The notes: generated by a model from the sequence alone, not told the origin. DNA of 59,235 nt from Crocinitomicaceae bacterium (GCA_044341975.1 JBIIQP010000001.1:1-59235); one strand, 5' to 3'; numbered from the stretch's first letter, positions 1-10,611 are shown. Translations and numbers: made by a program.

Positions 1-12
1 AATTTAATTAAT

Positions 13-735
13 ATGAGCACAGCCGCGGAAAAGGTCAAGTTATCACTAAAAAAATGGTTGAAAGACACCTCTCATGTTTTATTTCCTGCACAATGTTTGA
101 TATGCGAGGATGAGCTTCCGAGCAACAATTTAATATGCTCCTTTTGCGAACCTGAACTTTTGTATACACATTTTGAGAAATACAGTGAACCAACTTCTCT
201 GGATCAACTGTTTTGGGGAAGAGAACAAGTAAGCACAACGTATGCTTTGTTATTTTACAAAGAGGGCTCCTCGACTCAGCAAGTATTGCATCAATTGAAA
301 TACAATAACAAACCTGAAACTGGGAGCCTATTCGGTGAGAAAATAGCTGAAAAATGGGGCAAAAATCTCATCACTGAAAACGTAGACTTGCTCTTGCCTG
401 TTCCTATTCATCCTAAAAAGAAGTTTCTTCGTGGTTACAACCAAAGTACGATGATCGCTGAGGGAATAAATAAACTTACAGGCATTCCCATAGCCAAAAA
501 CCTTTCAGGCAAGCTGCAACACACAGGAAGTCAAACAAAACGTGGGCGTTTTTCTCGATGGGACAACGTTTCTGGCAACTTTACCATTTCCAATAAAATA
601 AAACAGTACAAACACATTGCACTCGTCGATGATGTTATAACAACGGGTTCAACATTGGAGGCGTTTATTCAGGCAATTCGCAATGTTCACCCAACAGTTC
701 AAATAAGTATTGTTAGCTTAGCAGTTACAAAATGA
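13..735 (+). CDS. comF: ComF/GntX-family phosphoribosyltransferase-domain protein
   Basis: 240 aa. It has N-terminal paired-Cys motifs (CLIC...CSFC) and a C-terminal PRPP-binding loop 'ALVDDVITTGSTL', which is the ComF architecture. Confidence 0.8.
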   Translation: MSTAAEKVKLSLKKWLKDTSHVLFPAQCLICEDELPSNNLICSFCEPELLYTHFEKYSEPTSLDQLFWGREQVSTTYALLFYKEGSSTQQVLHQLKYNNKPETGSLFGEKIAEKWGKNLITENVDLLLPVPIHPKKKFLRGYNQSTMIAEGINKLTGIPIAKNLSGKLQHTGSQTKRGRFSRWDNVSGNFTISNKIKQYKHIALVDDVITTGSTLEAFIQAIRNVHPTVQISIVSLAVTK

Positions 736-1781
736 AAAAGAATCAGCATTTTTTGGTCGTCGGTGGTGGAGTAGCCGGCATCGCTGTTTCTAAACACCTC
801 ATCGATCAAGATCAGCATGTTACGCTGGTTGAAAGCGGTCAAAACAAAAGTTCCACTGTGGCTGCTGGGATGATCAATCCTATTGTTTTTCGTCGCATGA
901 CAAAGTCTTGGCGAGTCGATGAATTTTTGCCCTACTGTAAAGTGTTTTATCGCTTTTTTGAAACTATTGCTCAACACCAATTATTTTGTCCGATTACGAT
1001 CCGTCGCTTTTTTTCATCGGATCAAGAGCGTCAATTCTGGCTAGACAAACAAGATCAGTCTGACTTTTCAAACTACCTTAATAGCATTTCGACTGAAGAT
1101 CTGCATTTTTCTCGGGCGAATAATCCATTTGGTTCGGGCCGTTTAAATGGTTCCGCTTATGTACAAACAATTCCATTTGTAAATGCAGGGATTAGTTGGA
1201 TAAATATGAACGGAAATGTCATCCAAGAAAACTTTGATTTCATGCAATTCGATCCTTTCCTGCTGCAATACAAACAAACAACTTACGACGGTGTAATTTT
1301 TTGTGAAGGCGTTGGGATCGTCAATAACCCCTATTTCAAAAGGTTACCTGTTCAACACACAAAAGGTGAGACAATTACAGTTTCGTCAGAAGGATTAAAA
1401 ACCATTGAATCATACAATCGAAAATGTTTTATTCTGCCACAGGGAAATGACACATATCGTGTTGGGGCAACATATGTTTGGAACACGCTCAACGATACGA
1501 TTACTCCAGAAGGACGAAAAGAATTGGAAGAAAAATTTCAGGTTGTAACAGACGCGGCCTATTCCATCATTGATCAGCAAGCAGGAGTTCGGCCAACAAC
1601 TCCAGACCGACGTCCCATTGTAGGTGAACATCCAGAATTTGAAGACGTATACATTTTCAATGGGCTAGGAACGAAAGGATATATGATTGCTCCATTGTTG
1701 GCAAAAGAATTTGTCAATCAACTTTTAAATGGTCTCCCATTCGACCCAGAAACAGCGCTTAATCGATTTAAAATTCTTTAA
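732..1781 (+). CDS. FAD-dependent oxidoreductase (DAO-type), substrate unknown
   Basis: 349 aa. The N-terminal Rossmann dinucleotide motif is 'VVGGGVAGIAVS...VTLVES'. An ATGA start/stop overlap with the upstream gene (732-735) suggests translational coupling. Confidence 0.75.
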   Translation: MKKNQHFLVVGGGVAGIAVSKHLIDQDQHVTLVESGQNKSSTVAAGMINPIVFRRMTKSWRVDEFLPYCKVFYRFFETIAQHQLFCPITIRRFFSSDQERQFWLDKQDQSDFSNYLNSISTEDLHFSRANNPFGSGRLNGSAYVQTIPFVNAGISWINMNGNVIQENFDFMQFDPFLLQYKQTTYDGVIFCEGVGIVNNPYFKRLPVQHTKGETITVSSEGLKTIESYNRKCFILPQGNDTYRVGATYVWNTLNDTITPEGRKELEEKFQVVTDAAYSIIDQQAGVRPTTPDRRPIVGEHPEFEDVYIFNGLGTKGYMIAPLLAKEFVNQLLNGLPFDPETALNRFKIL

Positions 1782-1808
1782 GTCCTTGATAAGGGCGTTG
1801 AACTTTCT

Positions 1809-1816
1809 TAATTTTG
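1809..1816 (+). promoter_or_regulatory. Candidate Bacteroidota -7 promoter box (TAATTTTG)
   Basis: Matches the TAnnTTTG consensus, 35 nt upstream of the ATG at 1851. Confidence 0.35.
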
Positions 1817-1850
1817 TAAAAACAACATAACACAAATAACACAACTTAAT

Positions 1851-2264
1851 ATGTATCCACCAGAATTAGTAAAACCAATGAAAGACGATCTTACAAACGT
1901 TGGTTTTCAACAATTGACAACACCAACTGAAGTAGATCATCTAATCGAAGAGAGCAAAGGAACCTTGCTTTTGGTAGTTAACTCTGTTTGCGGATGTGCA
2001 GCAGGAAATATGCGCCCTGGCGTCAAACTATCCTTGAACAATGACAAGGCTCCAAGCACATTGGGAACTGTTTTTGCAGGTGTGGATGGTGAAGCAACAA
2101 CGCAAGCTAGAAAGTACTTTTTACCTTATCCTCCATCATCACCTTCCATTGCCCTTTTCAAGGATGGCAAATTGGTGCATTTTTTAGAAAGACACCATAT
2201 TGAGGGAGGAACAGCGCAAATGATTGCTGAAAATCTTGCAGAAGCCTACAACGAATTTTGTTAA
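1851..2264 (+). CDS. Bacilliredoxin (BrxA/BrxB, YphP/YqiW family)
   Basis: 137 aa. Carries the redox CGC motif in 'LLLVVNSVCGCAAGNMRPG', typical of the DUF1094 bacilliredoxin family. Confidence 0.8.
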   Translation: MYPPELVKPMKDDLTNVGFQQLTTPTEVDHLIEESKGTLLLVVNSVCGCAAGNMRPGVKLSLNNDKAPSTLGTVFAGVDGEATTQARKYFLPYPPSSPSIALFKDGKLVHFLERHHIEGGTAQMIAENLAEAYNEFC

Positions 2265-2273
2265 AATTTAAAG

Positions 2274-2297
2274 AGCATCCACCAGGGTGCTTTTTTT
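2274..2297. terminator. Rho-independent terminator between convergent genes
   Basis: Stem AGCATCC/GGGTGCT (one G-U pair) with loop ACCA, followed by a T7 run. It lies directly after the bacilliredoxin stop and overlaps the stop codon of the 2296..9951 gene. Confidence 0.6.
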
Positions 2298-5200
2298 ATG
2301 GTCTTCCGCCTCGCAATAACGAAACATGTCCGACATACTCTTTTATTTCGTCTGTATACGATTTTCCAACATTCAATTTCCATGTATAGACACCGTCCTG
2401 GCATTTCTTATCGCGATAGGTGCCATCCCAACCCTCACCCATCTCGCTCGATTCATAGATCAATTCACCCCAACGATTAAAGATCAAAAAGCTATAATTT
2501 TCTGTTGTATACCCACCGCTTATTACAGGGAAAAATGTATTGTTATAGATGTCTCCGTCCGGTGTAAACGCATTAGGTACGTATACTATTAACTCGGGCA
2601 ACATTGTAATTCTTCGCGAGGTAGAATCAATGCAACCGTATTGTGATACAGCATATAGAATCACCGTATAATCTGTTACACCGAATTCGTCTCCACCCGT
2701 AAACTCATGGTAAACGTTTATGGTAGAATCATAATAAGAAACATCACTGTAATACCAATAATAAGAGTCGGCACCCGTTGAAGTATTAATAAATACAACA
2801 CCAGGTTCAACATTACTAATCTCATAATTATCTGCATAAAAAGAGGCGACGGGATTTGGTTCAACACAAATGAAATTAGATGAAAATGCTGAGCCCATGC
2901 AGCCTTCGGCGCTCAAAACTGTTAGCTGTAAACTATAACAACCCGCACTGTCAAATGAAGTAACAAATGGATCACATTCTGTAAAATTCTGACCATCTGA
3001 AAACGTCCAAGAGCAGTACTGCCAATCTCCCTGAACCGCATTTATCAAAATGTTAGAACCTATACATCCTAAACTTGGCGGTGGTAAAACAGGTTGTGGC
3101 GAAGGATTAGCAATAAGCGTAATCGTGTTGGTTGACGTACATCCATTCAAATCTGTTACCGTTACAGTATATGTTCCAGCTGAAAGTCCGGCAGCAAGCG
3201 ATGTGTTTTGGATAGGGGTGGTATTCCAGGAATAAGTATACCCCGGCAATCCTCCTGATGCGTTTGCGTCCACGATGCCATCAGAAGCATAGTCACAACT
3301 CACTGCTGCGCCAAAATAGAACGACACAATTGTTGGTGAAACAGTCAAAGCTGGTGGTTCTTGCACAACAATAGAATCAATAAACACACAGCCATTCAAG
3401 TCTGTGGCAACCATGTAATATTCACCAGCCGGAATATCATTCACATCTTGTCCATTGCCCACTATATTTCCGGATTGATCTGTCCAGGTATAACTATAAT
3501 CAGGCACACCACCCTGAGCAAAACCATTCAAAGAACCGTCAGATGACCCAAAGCAACTCACATTTTGTCCATTGTAATCGGAGGTAATTGTAATCTGACC
3601 TACCAAAGGTGTTGGTTGATCCAGAATTATTGTCGTATCCGCGGGGCACCCATTTAAATCTGCTGCACTTACAAAATATTGCCCGGCAACCAAACCTGTT
3701 GGGTCTTCTATATTTGAAACAACCACCGCATTAGAATCAGACCACTGGTACGTATATCCAGGTGTACCACCTGTAATCAAGAAGTCAATCATTCCGTCTG
3801 CTGCACCGAAACAAGAAATATCCCATCCATTGTAATTCGAAAGCACGGATATATCGTACTGAACAAGTGTTGGTTCTTGTAAATTGACAACGCTTGTGTC
3901 TAAGCAGCCATTTTGATCTTGAACAATCACTGTATAAGTCCCGTCAGGTAAACCATTTAGAGCTGCTTGGTCTCCCAGAAAGTTTTCCAATGAATCAAAC
4001 CATTGAATAATATAGGCTGGTGCTCCACCTGAAATAGTTGCTATAATACCTCCATCCGATGCATTAAAACAGGAAATATCGGAACCATTGTAGTCTGTTG
4101 TCACAGTTGTCACAGCTGTAAGCGGTGCAGGCTCGATCAATACTGTATCAAGAATAAATTGACAGCCATTAATATCTGTGATTTCAACTGAATATGGTCC
4201 TGCAGCCAATGAGTCAATGTCTTCCGTAGTTTCTGAATTACTCCATAGAATGGTGTAGCCTGGGCTTCCTCCTGATACAGTAAGGTCGATGGACCCATTT
4301 TCAAGACATCCCGCCACATTGTATCCACCCAAATCAGGAACAACTGCTGAAGCCTGTATGCCTACAGGCTGACTCAAATTTATACTGGTTGTCACCGTAC
4401 AACCCGTTTGATCTGTAATCGTAACGATATAATTTCCAGCAGTAACACCATTTGGATCTTGCACTATTTCTTGTCCTGCGGGAATTAATGCAGTTGGAGT
4501 AGCCGGATCCGCAACCCACGAATAAGCATAAGGAGATGTTCCTCCATTCACTGTCAAATCAATAGCGCCATCACTGAAATTAAAGCAGCTGATATTATCT
4601 CCTGAAGGAAAAACAAAAGATTGTGCAGATGCCGTTACTAAATTAAAATCAAACGTCATAAAAACGCTGTCATCCGCTTGACAACCATTCAAATCTTGTG
4701 CAACCACATAAAGCCATCCGCCAGCTAGATCTATAACCTGGGTTGGATCATTAAAATCCCCTACTCCGTCATTGCTCCAATCAAAAGTGTAAGCTGGAAC
4801 ACCGCCAATTGCTGTAACGTCTGCGAAACCATCTGGACTACATCCAGAAATATTTAGCCCGTTCGGATAAAGTGAAGGGACTAGACTACTGATTTGAAGC
4901 TCTGATGGTTCGGTCACCAAAATCTGATCGTTGATAGAACAACCATTGTTGTCTGTTACGGTAACCAAATAATTTCCTGCAGTGAGACCATTAGGATTCA
5001 TTAACCCTTCTTGTCCAACAGGAACTATTGCAGAAGGTGTTGCAGGATCTGCCGTCCAGCTATAACTATAAACACCGCCCGGGAATTGAACTCCACCGCC
5101 GACAACTGCCAAAATTGCAGCATCAGAAAGTTGATAACAAGAAACTCCATAGCCATTATAATCCGTCGTGACAGATGTAGTAATCGTTAAAGGTGTAGGT

Positions 5201-8200
5201 TGTTGAATTGTCACATTCAATGATGAAGCACATGAACCAACAGCCCCATTCGCATCAGTCACAATTAAACTATAATTTCCCGCTATAAGTCCCGATAAAT
5301 CTTCGTTGTTCGAAACAAACCCTCCAGGCCCTGACCAACCATATGTGTATGGCGCTGTACCACCTGAAACAGATATAGTTATTGCACCATCGCTATTTCC
5401 AAAACATAAAACATTTTGCTGACCATCAAGGACTGCAACCACAGGATTTGCTGGTTCTACTATGCTAACTGTTAAACTAGCCAAACATCCTCCAGTTGAT
5501 CCATTTGCATCGGTCACTGTTAAATTATAGGTGCCTACAAAAAGTCCAACAGGGTCTTCTGTATTCGAGGTATAACCATTCGGTCCCGTCCATGAATAGG
5601 AATAAGGGGCTGTTCCGCCACTAGCTGTTACACTGATTGAGCCCGTTGAATTACCAAAACAGAGAATATCCACTTGACTATTTAAAACAACCGATAAAGG
5701 TGTTGAAGGTTCAGAAATACTTACAGAAGAGGAAGCTTGGCTACAGTTATTTGCATCTATGATTGAAACACTATACGCAGGAAAACCTCCGTTAGGCACT
5801 CCACTCAATCCGTTAAAATCGAAACCTCCCCCATCACTTCCCACAACTTGTGTGGCTCCGTTTTGATCCAATGTAACAGTATAAGGCGCTACACCTCCTG
5901 TAACTGTGCCGATAATATTACCATCTTCATCACCAAAACACGCGATTGCATCACCATTAATAGAAGCATTTAATTGAGCTGGCTCTAATATAGATACGTT
6001 CAAAATAGCAGTACAGTTTCCATTCCCCGTATTTGCATCACTTACAGTTAGAGAATAATTCCCAGCCGCCAACAGCGTAATGTCATCTAAGGTGGCGGTG
6101 AAGCCATTCGGGCCAATCCACGAATAAGTATATGGGGCTGTTCCGCCAGATGCTGTTACGTTTATTGATCCTGAGGCATTGCCAAAACAATCCACATTTT
6201 GTTGATTATCCAAACTAACGATCAATCCACTCGTTGGTTGCGTTAAAGTAACACTCAAAGAAGAGGCGCAACCGCCTGTCAATCCATTTATGTCAACTAC
6301 TTGCAAAGAGTAGGTTCCTGCAACCAACCCAGAGAGATCCTCCAAAGAAGACGTAAAACCATTCGGGCCTGTCCATGAATAAGAATAAGGAGCTGTTCCT
6401 CCGCTGGCTGTTACATTGATTGAACCTGTTGCGTTTCCAAAACAAATGATGTTTTGCTGTGCATCTATTACCACTGAAACGGGTAAAGAAGGTTCCGTAA
6501 TATTGACCGCTGCAGAAGTGACACTGCACAGGGAGCCCGATGCATCTGTTAACGTAACTGTGTATGAAGCAAATCCCCCGCTTGGAACTCCACTCAATCC
6601 TCCAAAATCAAAACTACCACCATCAATAGCAATCGCTTGAGTTGTTCCTGTTTGATTAAGGGTAACAACATAAGGCGCTGCCCCTCCAGTAACTGTTCCT
6701 GTTATATTTCCATCTGCCGAACCATGACAAAGAATTACATCCCCTAGCGCATTAATGGAAAGTTGAGGCTGAGTAAGCGTAAACGGGCCTAAAGGATAAA
6801 TTACTTGACAATTGTTAGCATCGTAAACCGTTACAAATGGCTCATAGGTACCGGGCACGGAGTAGATATGTGTCACGCTGTTTTGATCATTGACGATTGA
6901 ACCGTCATCTAAATTCCACACATTCGAAGTCACATTTTGGGTAACACCGATTTCCAATGAAACATTTAAGCCACAGGCATTTACAAAATCTGACCATGTG
7001 GGGGATGCTGTTGGACCAAAAATCGTCAGAAAATCGATCAATACTGTATCACTTGTGCAACCAAACTCATCTGTTATCGACAATGAGGCGCTGTATGTTC
7101 CCGGAAAAACATATGTGTTACTAGGTGATTGAAGATTGGATGTTTTACCATCTCCGAAGGTCCATGACCAGGTTGAAATAGATCCATAACTTAATGTTTG
7201 ATCTGTAAAATCCGCAAATACAGGTGGACAAACAAAATCGCCGTTGGCATTAGTAGCGGCACCATCTAGCAAATAACTCAAGGCTGCAATAGGCGTTGAA
7301 ACAACTATCGTTTGCTGCATGGTATCTTTACAGCCATTTGCATCTGTTGTTATCAACATTAAATCATGTGAAGCACTGGATGAAAGTGGGTCAAACGGTT
7401 CATTAAAAGAAGAAGAATAATTTGTGTTCGTACTCACTTGTGTCCCATCAACGAACCATTGATAGGTCATAGGTTCCAATCCAATCGAATTATTATTTGC
7501 TGTGAAACTTTCATTATTACAAACAACATTCTGGACATTAAAATCTGCAAAGGGCTTCGTCACGGAAATTATTGCGGAAGATGGTGGTGAAACGCAGCCA
7601 AATTGATCTGTCGCAATTATTTCAACCGCAAACGCGCCTGAAGAATTGAAGGTATGATCCACGGTTGTCAGTACATTGTTTGTATTAACAATGGAGCCAT
7701 CATCAAAAAATGTAAATTGAAAACTGTCTAGTGGAACTCCATTCCCTTGTACTAAAGAATTATTGGAAAAGGTCACTAGAAAGGGGGAACAACCCATGTA
7801 GTCATTTGCTGATATCCCTGCTGTTGGCGGCTGCAGAACCGTTATGGGTGTCAGTGTTTCTGTGTCCGCGCATCCTAAGGCATTGGTGGCAGTTAGTGTG
7901 ATCGAATAATTACCCGAAGTGCCATAAACATAAGGGAGGTTATTACCATTTAGAAATTGCCCATCACCCATGTTCCAATTAAAAGTTCCAAATGGGTGAG
8001 TTGATGTCGATGTTGATGTAACCGTCAATGGAAAGCCTAAACACAAACTGTCCGTATCAGCTGATAGCTCTGCTATGGTTTGAGAAATATTTATGACTGT
8101 ATTTGAACTATCAACGCACCCTGTCGTGTAGTTGTTAATTATTTGAGTAATCGTATAGGAACCATATGCGGAGTAATCATGACTCGTTGAACCCTGATCC

Positions 8201-9951
8201 GGGTCATCAAAATCAGGATCGTCATAGCTTGTTGAGGTGCCGTCTCCCCAATTCCAGGTCATATCTGCATCATCAGACAAGATCCCAATAATTGAATTAT
8301 CGTTCACTGCAACTGTAATTGGAAAAGATGCTGGATTGCAAAACAATGATTGCGAGGGTTGAAATATTGAAATTGGCGCAAGTATATATACAGCGTTCGG
8401 TTCAATTAAAGTATCTAAGCAACCCCTAAATTCAACAACGAGCTGCACATCAAAGTACCCGGTGTCTGCAGAATACGGATAACTTGGGTCTTCTAACGTA
8501 GAAGTGCCTCCATCTCCAAAATCCCATGAATAGGTCACCTCACTAGGGTCGTGCGGCGCAGAAATGATACTTTCATCAACAAAGTCAATTGGCTCATTGG
8601 CACATGAAACAGGTGGGTTCCAACTGAAATCAACCAAATCTATTTGACCTACTTGTATGTAACTTGGAATTGTCACAGTTTCCACACAGCCGCCTTGGGT
8701 TGTAATTGTTAATGTCACCGCGTATGTACCTACAGCATAATCATGAGGAGGTGGTACTTCGCCATTGAATGATGTTCCGTCTCCAAAATCCCATTGCCAA
8801 TCAACGATAGGGTCTATTGCGGAAACAGAAGTTGATGCCAACTGAACGGAAAGCGGCGCGCAGCCATTCAAAACAGGTGCTGTGAATGAAGCGATTGGAG
8901 ACGTGAGGTTAATATAATTATTTAAAAGTGTTGAGCCGAAACATCCATTCGAATCCGTATATGTCAGTCCAACCGAGTAGGAACCATCGGCAGAATAGGT
9001 GTGGGGCGGAGGTGTTGTGCCGTTGAAAGAAGAGCCATCGCCAAAGTCCCAAATATAAGTTCCAGGCGAACCTGTTGTATTTGTAAAGTTGACTGCTTGG
9101 GGTGCACAACCTGATGTTGGTGTTCCTGTAAATGTTGGCGTTGGAGTAGGAAGAATAGTAATAATCTGGTTCGTATTATCAGAACAACCGGCAATTGTAT
9201 TTTGAGCAGTTAATTGAATCGTGTAAACACCAGGCGACGGATAGGTCACAACTTCATTCTGATTGGTTGATCCAGCTGGATTTCCACCTGCAAAGGTCCA
9301 GTTCCAAACATTTACACCAACAGTTGAATTATCAGTTATGTTAATCGGCGCGCCCTCACATGCCGTCGCGGGGGCCGTAATTCCAGCTTGGAAATCAGAA
9401 ATTACAATATTCTGAGTAATGGTGTCCTTACAACCAAAGGAATTGGTTGAAATTAATGTAACAGAATAATTTCCTGCAACAGCATAGGTAACCATCGCTG
9501 GATTTTCCAAAGTTGAGGTTTGGCCATTTCCAAAATCCCATTCATAACTTTGGCCACCAATCGTAATGTTTGTAAACGTAACGCCTACGGGAAGTGCACA
9601 TCCATCTGCTGTAGAGGAAAAATCGGGGATGGGTTTTGGATTAATCGTTATGTAAGCAAACTTTACCTCAGAGTCCGCCTGACCATTAGCCGCTGATACA
9701 ACAAGAATTATGGTGTAGTTTCCAGCTGTAGAATAACTGTGAGATGGATTCACTGCAATAGAGGCATTGCCATCACCAAAATCCCATGACCAACCGATGA
9801 TGGGTGAACCGTTTGCAACTGAAAGATCTGTGAAATTAACGGCTTCTCCTACGCACGCGACAACATTTCCACTAACAAACTGGGCCGTAGGTGGTTGTGA
9901 AAGGCCAATAAGTGGCACTATCAGTAAAACATATGTCAGCAGCAAACGCAT
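2296..9951 (-). CDS. Giant cell-surface adhesin with PKD domains, SprB-type repeats and a T9SS type-B (gliding motility-associated, CHU_C) C-terminal domain
   Basis: 2551 aa with signal peptide MRLLLTYVLLIVPLIGLSQ. It has about a dozen PKD signatures (W.WDFGDG...) and about 14 'C.G..DG.I...GG..PY.Y.W' SprB-type repeats. The C-terminus reads 'VYVPNAFTPDGD..NNTFFP...IFNRWGELIYES...GWDGTY...DGVYTWKL'. Confidence 0.9.
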   Translation of the reverse strand: MRLLLTYVLLIVPLIGLSQPPTAQFVSGNVVACVGEAVNFTDLSVANGSPIIGWSWDFGDGNASIAVNPSHSYSTAGNYTIILVVSAANGQADSEVKFAYITINPKPIPDFSSTADGCALPVGVTFTNITIGGQSYEWDFGNGQTSTLENPAMVTYAVAGNYSVTLISTNSFGCKDTITQNIVISDFQAGITAPATACEGAPINITDNSTVGVNVWNWTFAGGNPAGSTNQNEVVTYPSPGVYTIQLTAQNTIAGCSDNTNQIITILPTPTPTFTGTPTSGCAPQAVNFTNTTGSPGTYIWDFGDGSSFNGTTPPPHTYSADGSYSVGLTYTDSNGCFGSTLLNNYINLTSPIASFTAPVLNGCAPLSVQLASTSVSAIDPIVDWQWDFGDGTSFNGEVPPPHDYAVGTYAVTLTITTQGGCVETVTIPSYIQVGQIDLVDFSWNPPVSCANEPIDFVDESIISAPHDPSEVTYSWDFGDGGTSTLEDPSYPYSADTGYFDVQLVVEFRGCLDTLIEPNAVYILAPISIFQPSQSLFCNPASFPITVAVNDNSIIGILSDDADMTWNWGDGTSTSYDDPDFDDPDQGSTSHDYSAYGSYTITQIINNYTTGCVDSSNTVINISQTIAELSADTDSLCLGFPLTVTSTSTSTHPFGTFNWNMGDGQFLNGNNLPYVYGTSGNYSITLTATNALGCADTETLTPITVLQPPTAGISANDYMGCSPFLVTFSNNSLVQGNGVPLDSFQFTFFDDGSIVNTNNVLTTVDHTFNSSGAFAVEIIATDQFGCVSPPSSAIISVTKPFADFNVQNVVCNNESFTANNNSIGLEPMTYQWFVDGTQVSTNTNYSSSFNEPFDPLSSSASHDLMLITTDANGCKDTMQQTIVVSTPIAALSYLLDGAATNANGDFVCPPVFADFTDQTLSYGSISTWSWTFGDGKTSNLQSPSNTYVFPGTYSASLSITDEFGCTSDTVLIDFLTIFGPTASPTWSDFVNACGLNVSLEIGVTQNVTSNVWNLDDGSIVNDQNSVTHIYSVPGTYEPFVTVYDANNCQVIYPLGPFTLTQPQLSINALGDVILCHGSADGNITGTVTGGAAPYVVTLNQTGTTQAIAIDGGSFDFGGLSGVPSGGFASYTVTLTDASGSLCSVTSAAVNITEPSLPVSVVIDAQQNIICFGNATGSINVTASGGTAPYSYSWTGPNGFTSSLEDLSGLVAGTYSLQVVDINGLTGGCASSLSVTLTQPTSGLIVSLDNQQNVDCFGNASGSINVTASGGTAPYTYSWIGPNGFTATLDDITLLAAGNYSLTVSDANTGNGNCTAILNVSILEPAQLNASINGDAIACFGDEDGNIIGTVTGGVAPYTVTLDQNGATQVVGSDGGGFDFNGLSGVPNGGFPAYSVSIIDANNCSQASSSVSISEPSTPLSVVLNSQVDILCFGNSTGSISVTASGGTAPYSYSWTGPNGYTSNTEDPVGLFVGTYNLTVTDANGSTGGCLASLTVSIVEPANPVVAVLDGQQNVLCFGNSDGAITISVSGGTAPYTYGWSGPGGFVSNNEDLSGLIAGNYSLIVTDANGAVGSCASSLNVTIQQPTPLTITTSVTTDYNGYGVSCYQLSDAAILAVVGGGVQFPGGVYSYSWTADPATPSAIVPVGQEGLMNPNGLTAGNYLVTVTDNNGCSINDQILVTEPSELQISSLVPSLYPNGLNISGCSPDGFADVTAIGGVPAYTFDWSNDGVGDFNDPTQVIDLAGGWLYVVAQDLNGCQADDSVFMTFDFNLVTASAQSFVFPSGDNISCFNFSDGAIDLTVNGGTSPYAYSWVADPATPTALIPAGQEIVQDPNGVTAGNYIVTITDQTGCTVTTSINLSQPVGIQASAVVPDLGGYNVAGCLENGSIDLTVSGGSPGYTILWSNSETTEDIDSLAAGPYSVEITDINGCQFILDTVLIEPAPLTAVTTVTTDYNGSDISCFNASDGGIIATISGGAPAYIIQWFDSLENFLGDQAALNGLPDGTYTVIVQDQNGCLDTSVVNLQEPTLVQYDISVLSNYNGWDISCFGAADGMIDFLITGGTPGYTYQWSDSNAVVVSNIEDPTGLVAGQYFVSAADLNGCPADTTIILDQPTPLVGQITITSDYNGQNVSCFGSSDGSLNGFAQGGVPDYSYTWTDQSGNIVGNGQDVNDIPAGEYYMVATDLNGCVFIDSIVVQEPPALTVSPTIVSFYFGAAVSCDYASDGIVDANASGGLPGYTYSWNTTPIQNTSLAAGLSAGTYTVTVTDLNGCTSTNTITLIANPSPQPVLPPPSLGCIGSNILINAVQGDWQYCSWTFSDGQNFTECDPFVTSFDSAGCYSLQLTVLSAEGCMGSAFSSNFICVEPNPVASFYADNYEISNVEPGVVFINTSTGADSYYWYYSDVSYYDSTINVYHEFTGGDEFGVTDYTVILYAVSQYGCIDSTSRRITMLPELIVYVPNAFTPDGDIYNNTFFPVISGGYTTENYSFLIFNRWGELIYESSEMGEGWDGTYRDKKCQDGVYTWKLNVGKSYTDEIKEYVGHVSLLRGGRP
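5196..6775 (-). repeat. In-frame tandem segmental duplication (2 x ~789 bp, 3 SprB repeats each) inside the adhesin gene
   Basis: The block 'LSINALGDVILCHGSADGN...LSVTLTQP...' is repeated as 'LNASINGDAIACFGDEDGN...'. The identical 14-mer ACTCCACTCAATCC occurs at 6587 and 5798, an offset of 789 nt (263 codons). Confidence 0.6.
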
Positions 9952-10164
9952 CGCTCATCAAATGGACATTGATTTTACTAAAAAAGAAGGTGATTTCAAA
10001 ATTGAAAGGTAAATTTTCCAAAGTTCAGTTGTGTCGCCTTCTTTATTTCAAAACGCAAAGAAATACAATTCGTTGCCTTTGTGCAAGCTTAAAAAAGAAA
10101 CTTAATATTAACCTTAGAAATTCCCTTCGAATAGATGCCTTTGTAGACTTTAAATTTATTGTTT

Positions 10165-10611
10165 TCAAACCGCATAAACATTCAACGAAAGAGCAACACA
10201 GAGCCATAAAACATAGGGCAAAAGCAGAAGAGTGGTTATCCAAGCTTTTGATGAAAACATTTTGTGTTTGTATAGCAGAATGATAATCAATGAAAAAATC
10301 ACGAAACAACCCAATAACGTTTGGTGCCAAGCGAAAAAAACAGGATTCCAAACCACATTCAATAACCATTGAACGCTATAGAGAAATATTAGTTGTTTTT
10401 TATTCTCCGCAGTTTTCCAAAGCTGATTCATGTAAATGGAATAACAAATCATTATCGTTGTCCACGCCAGTCCGAAAAACCATCCCGGCGGCGTCCATGG
10501 CGCTTTATCTAATTGCTGATACCATTCATTTGTTGCGGGACTACCATTCATCAAAAGAGCCCCCACGTAGAGGGCTCCAAAATTGAGAACAAAGAAAAGA
10601 AGTAATCTCAT
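10165..10611 (-). CDS. tspO: TspO/MBR tryptophan-rich sensory protein
   Basis: 148 aa, five hydrophobic segments, Trp-rich, with 'APWTPPGWFFGLAWTTIM' and 'WNPVFF'. Its ATG overlaps the TGA of the upstream esterase gene by 1 nt (TGATG). Confidence 0.85.
   Translation of the reverse strand: MRLLLFFVLNFGALYVGALLMNGSPATNEWYQQLDKAPWTPPGWFFGLAWTTIMICYSIYMNQLWKTAENKKQLIFLYSVQWLLNVVWNPVFFAWHQTLLGCFVIFSLIIILLYKHKMFSSKAWITTLLLLPYVLWLCVALSLNVYAV

Noticed and set aside
9912-10369. Overlapping ORFs 9912..10283 (+) and 10043..10369 (-) in and around the adhesin/tspO spacer.
   Set aside because: They have low-complexity, Lys/Leu/Phe-rich translations typical of AT-rich non-coding DNA. They overlap each other and the well-supported tspO gene and carry no motifs.
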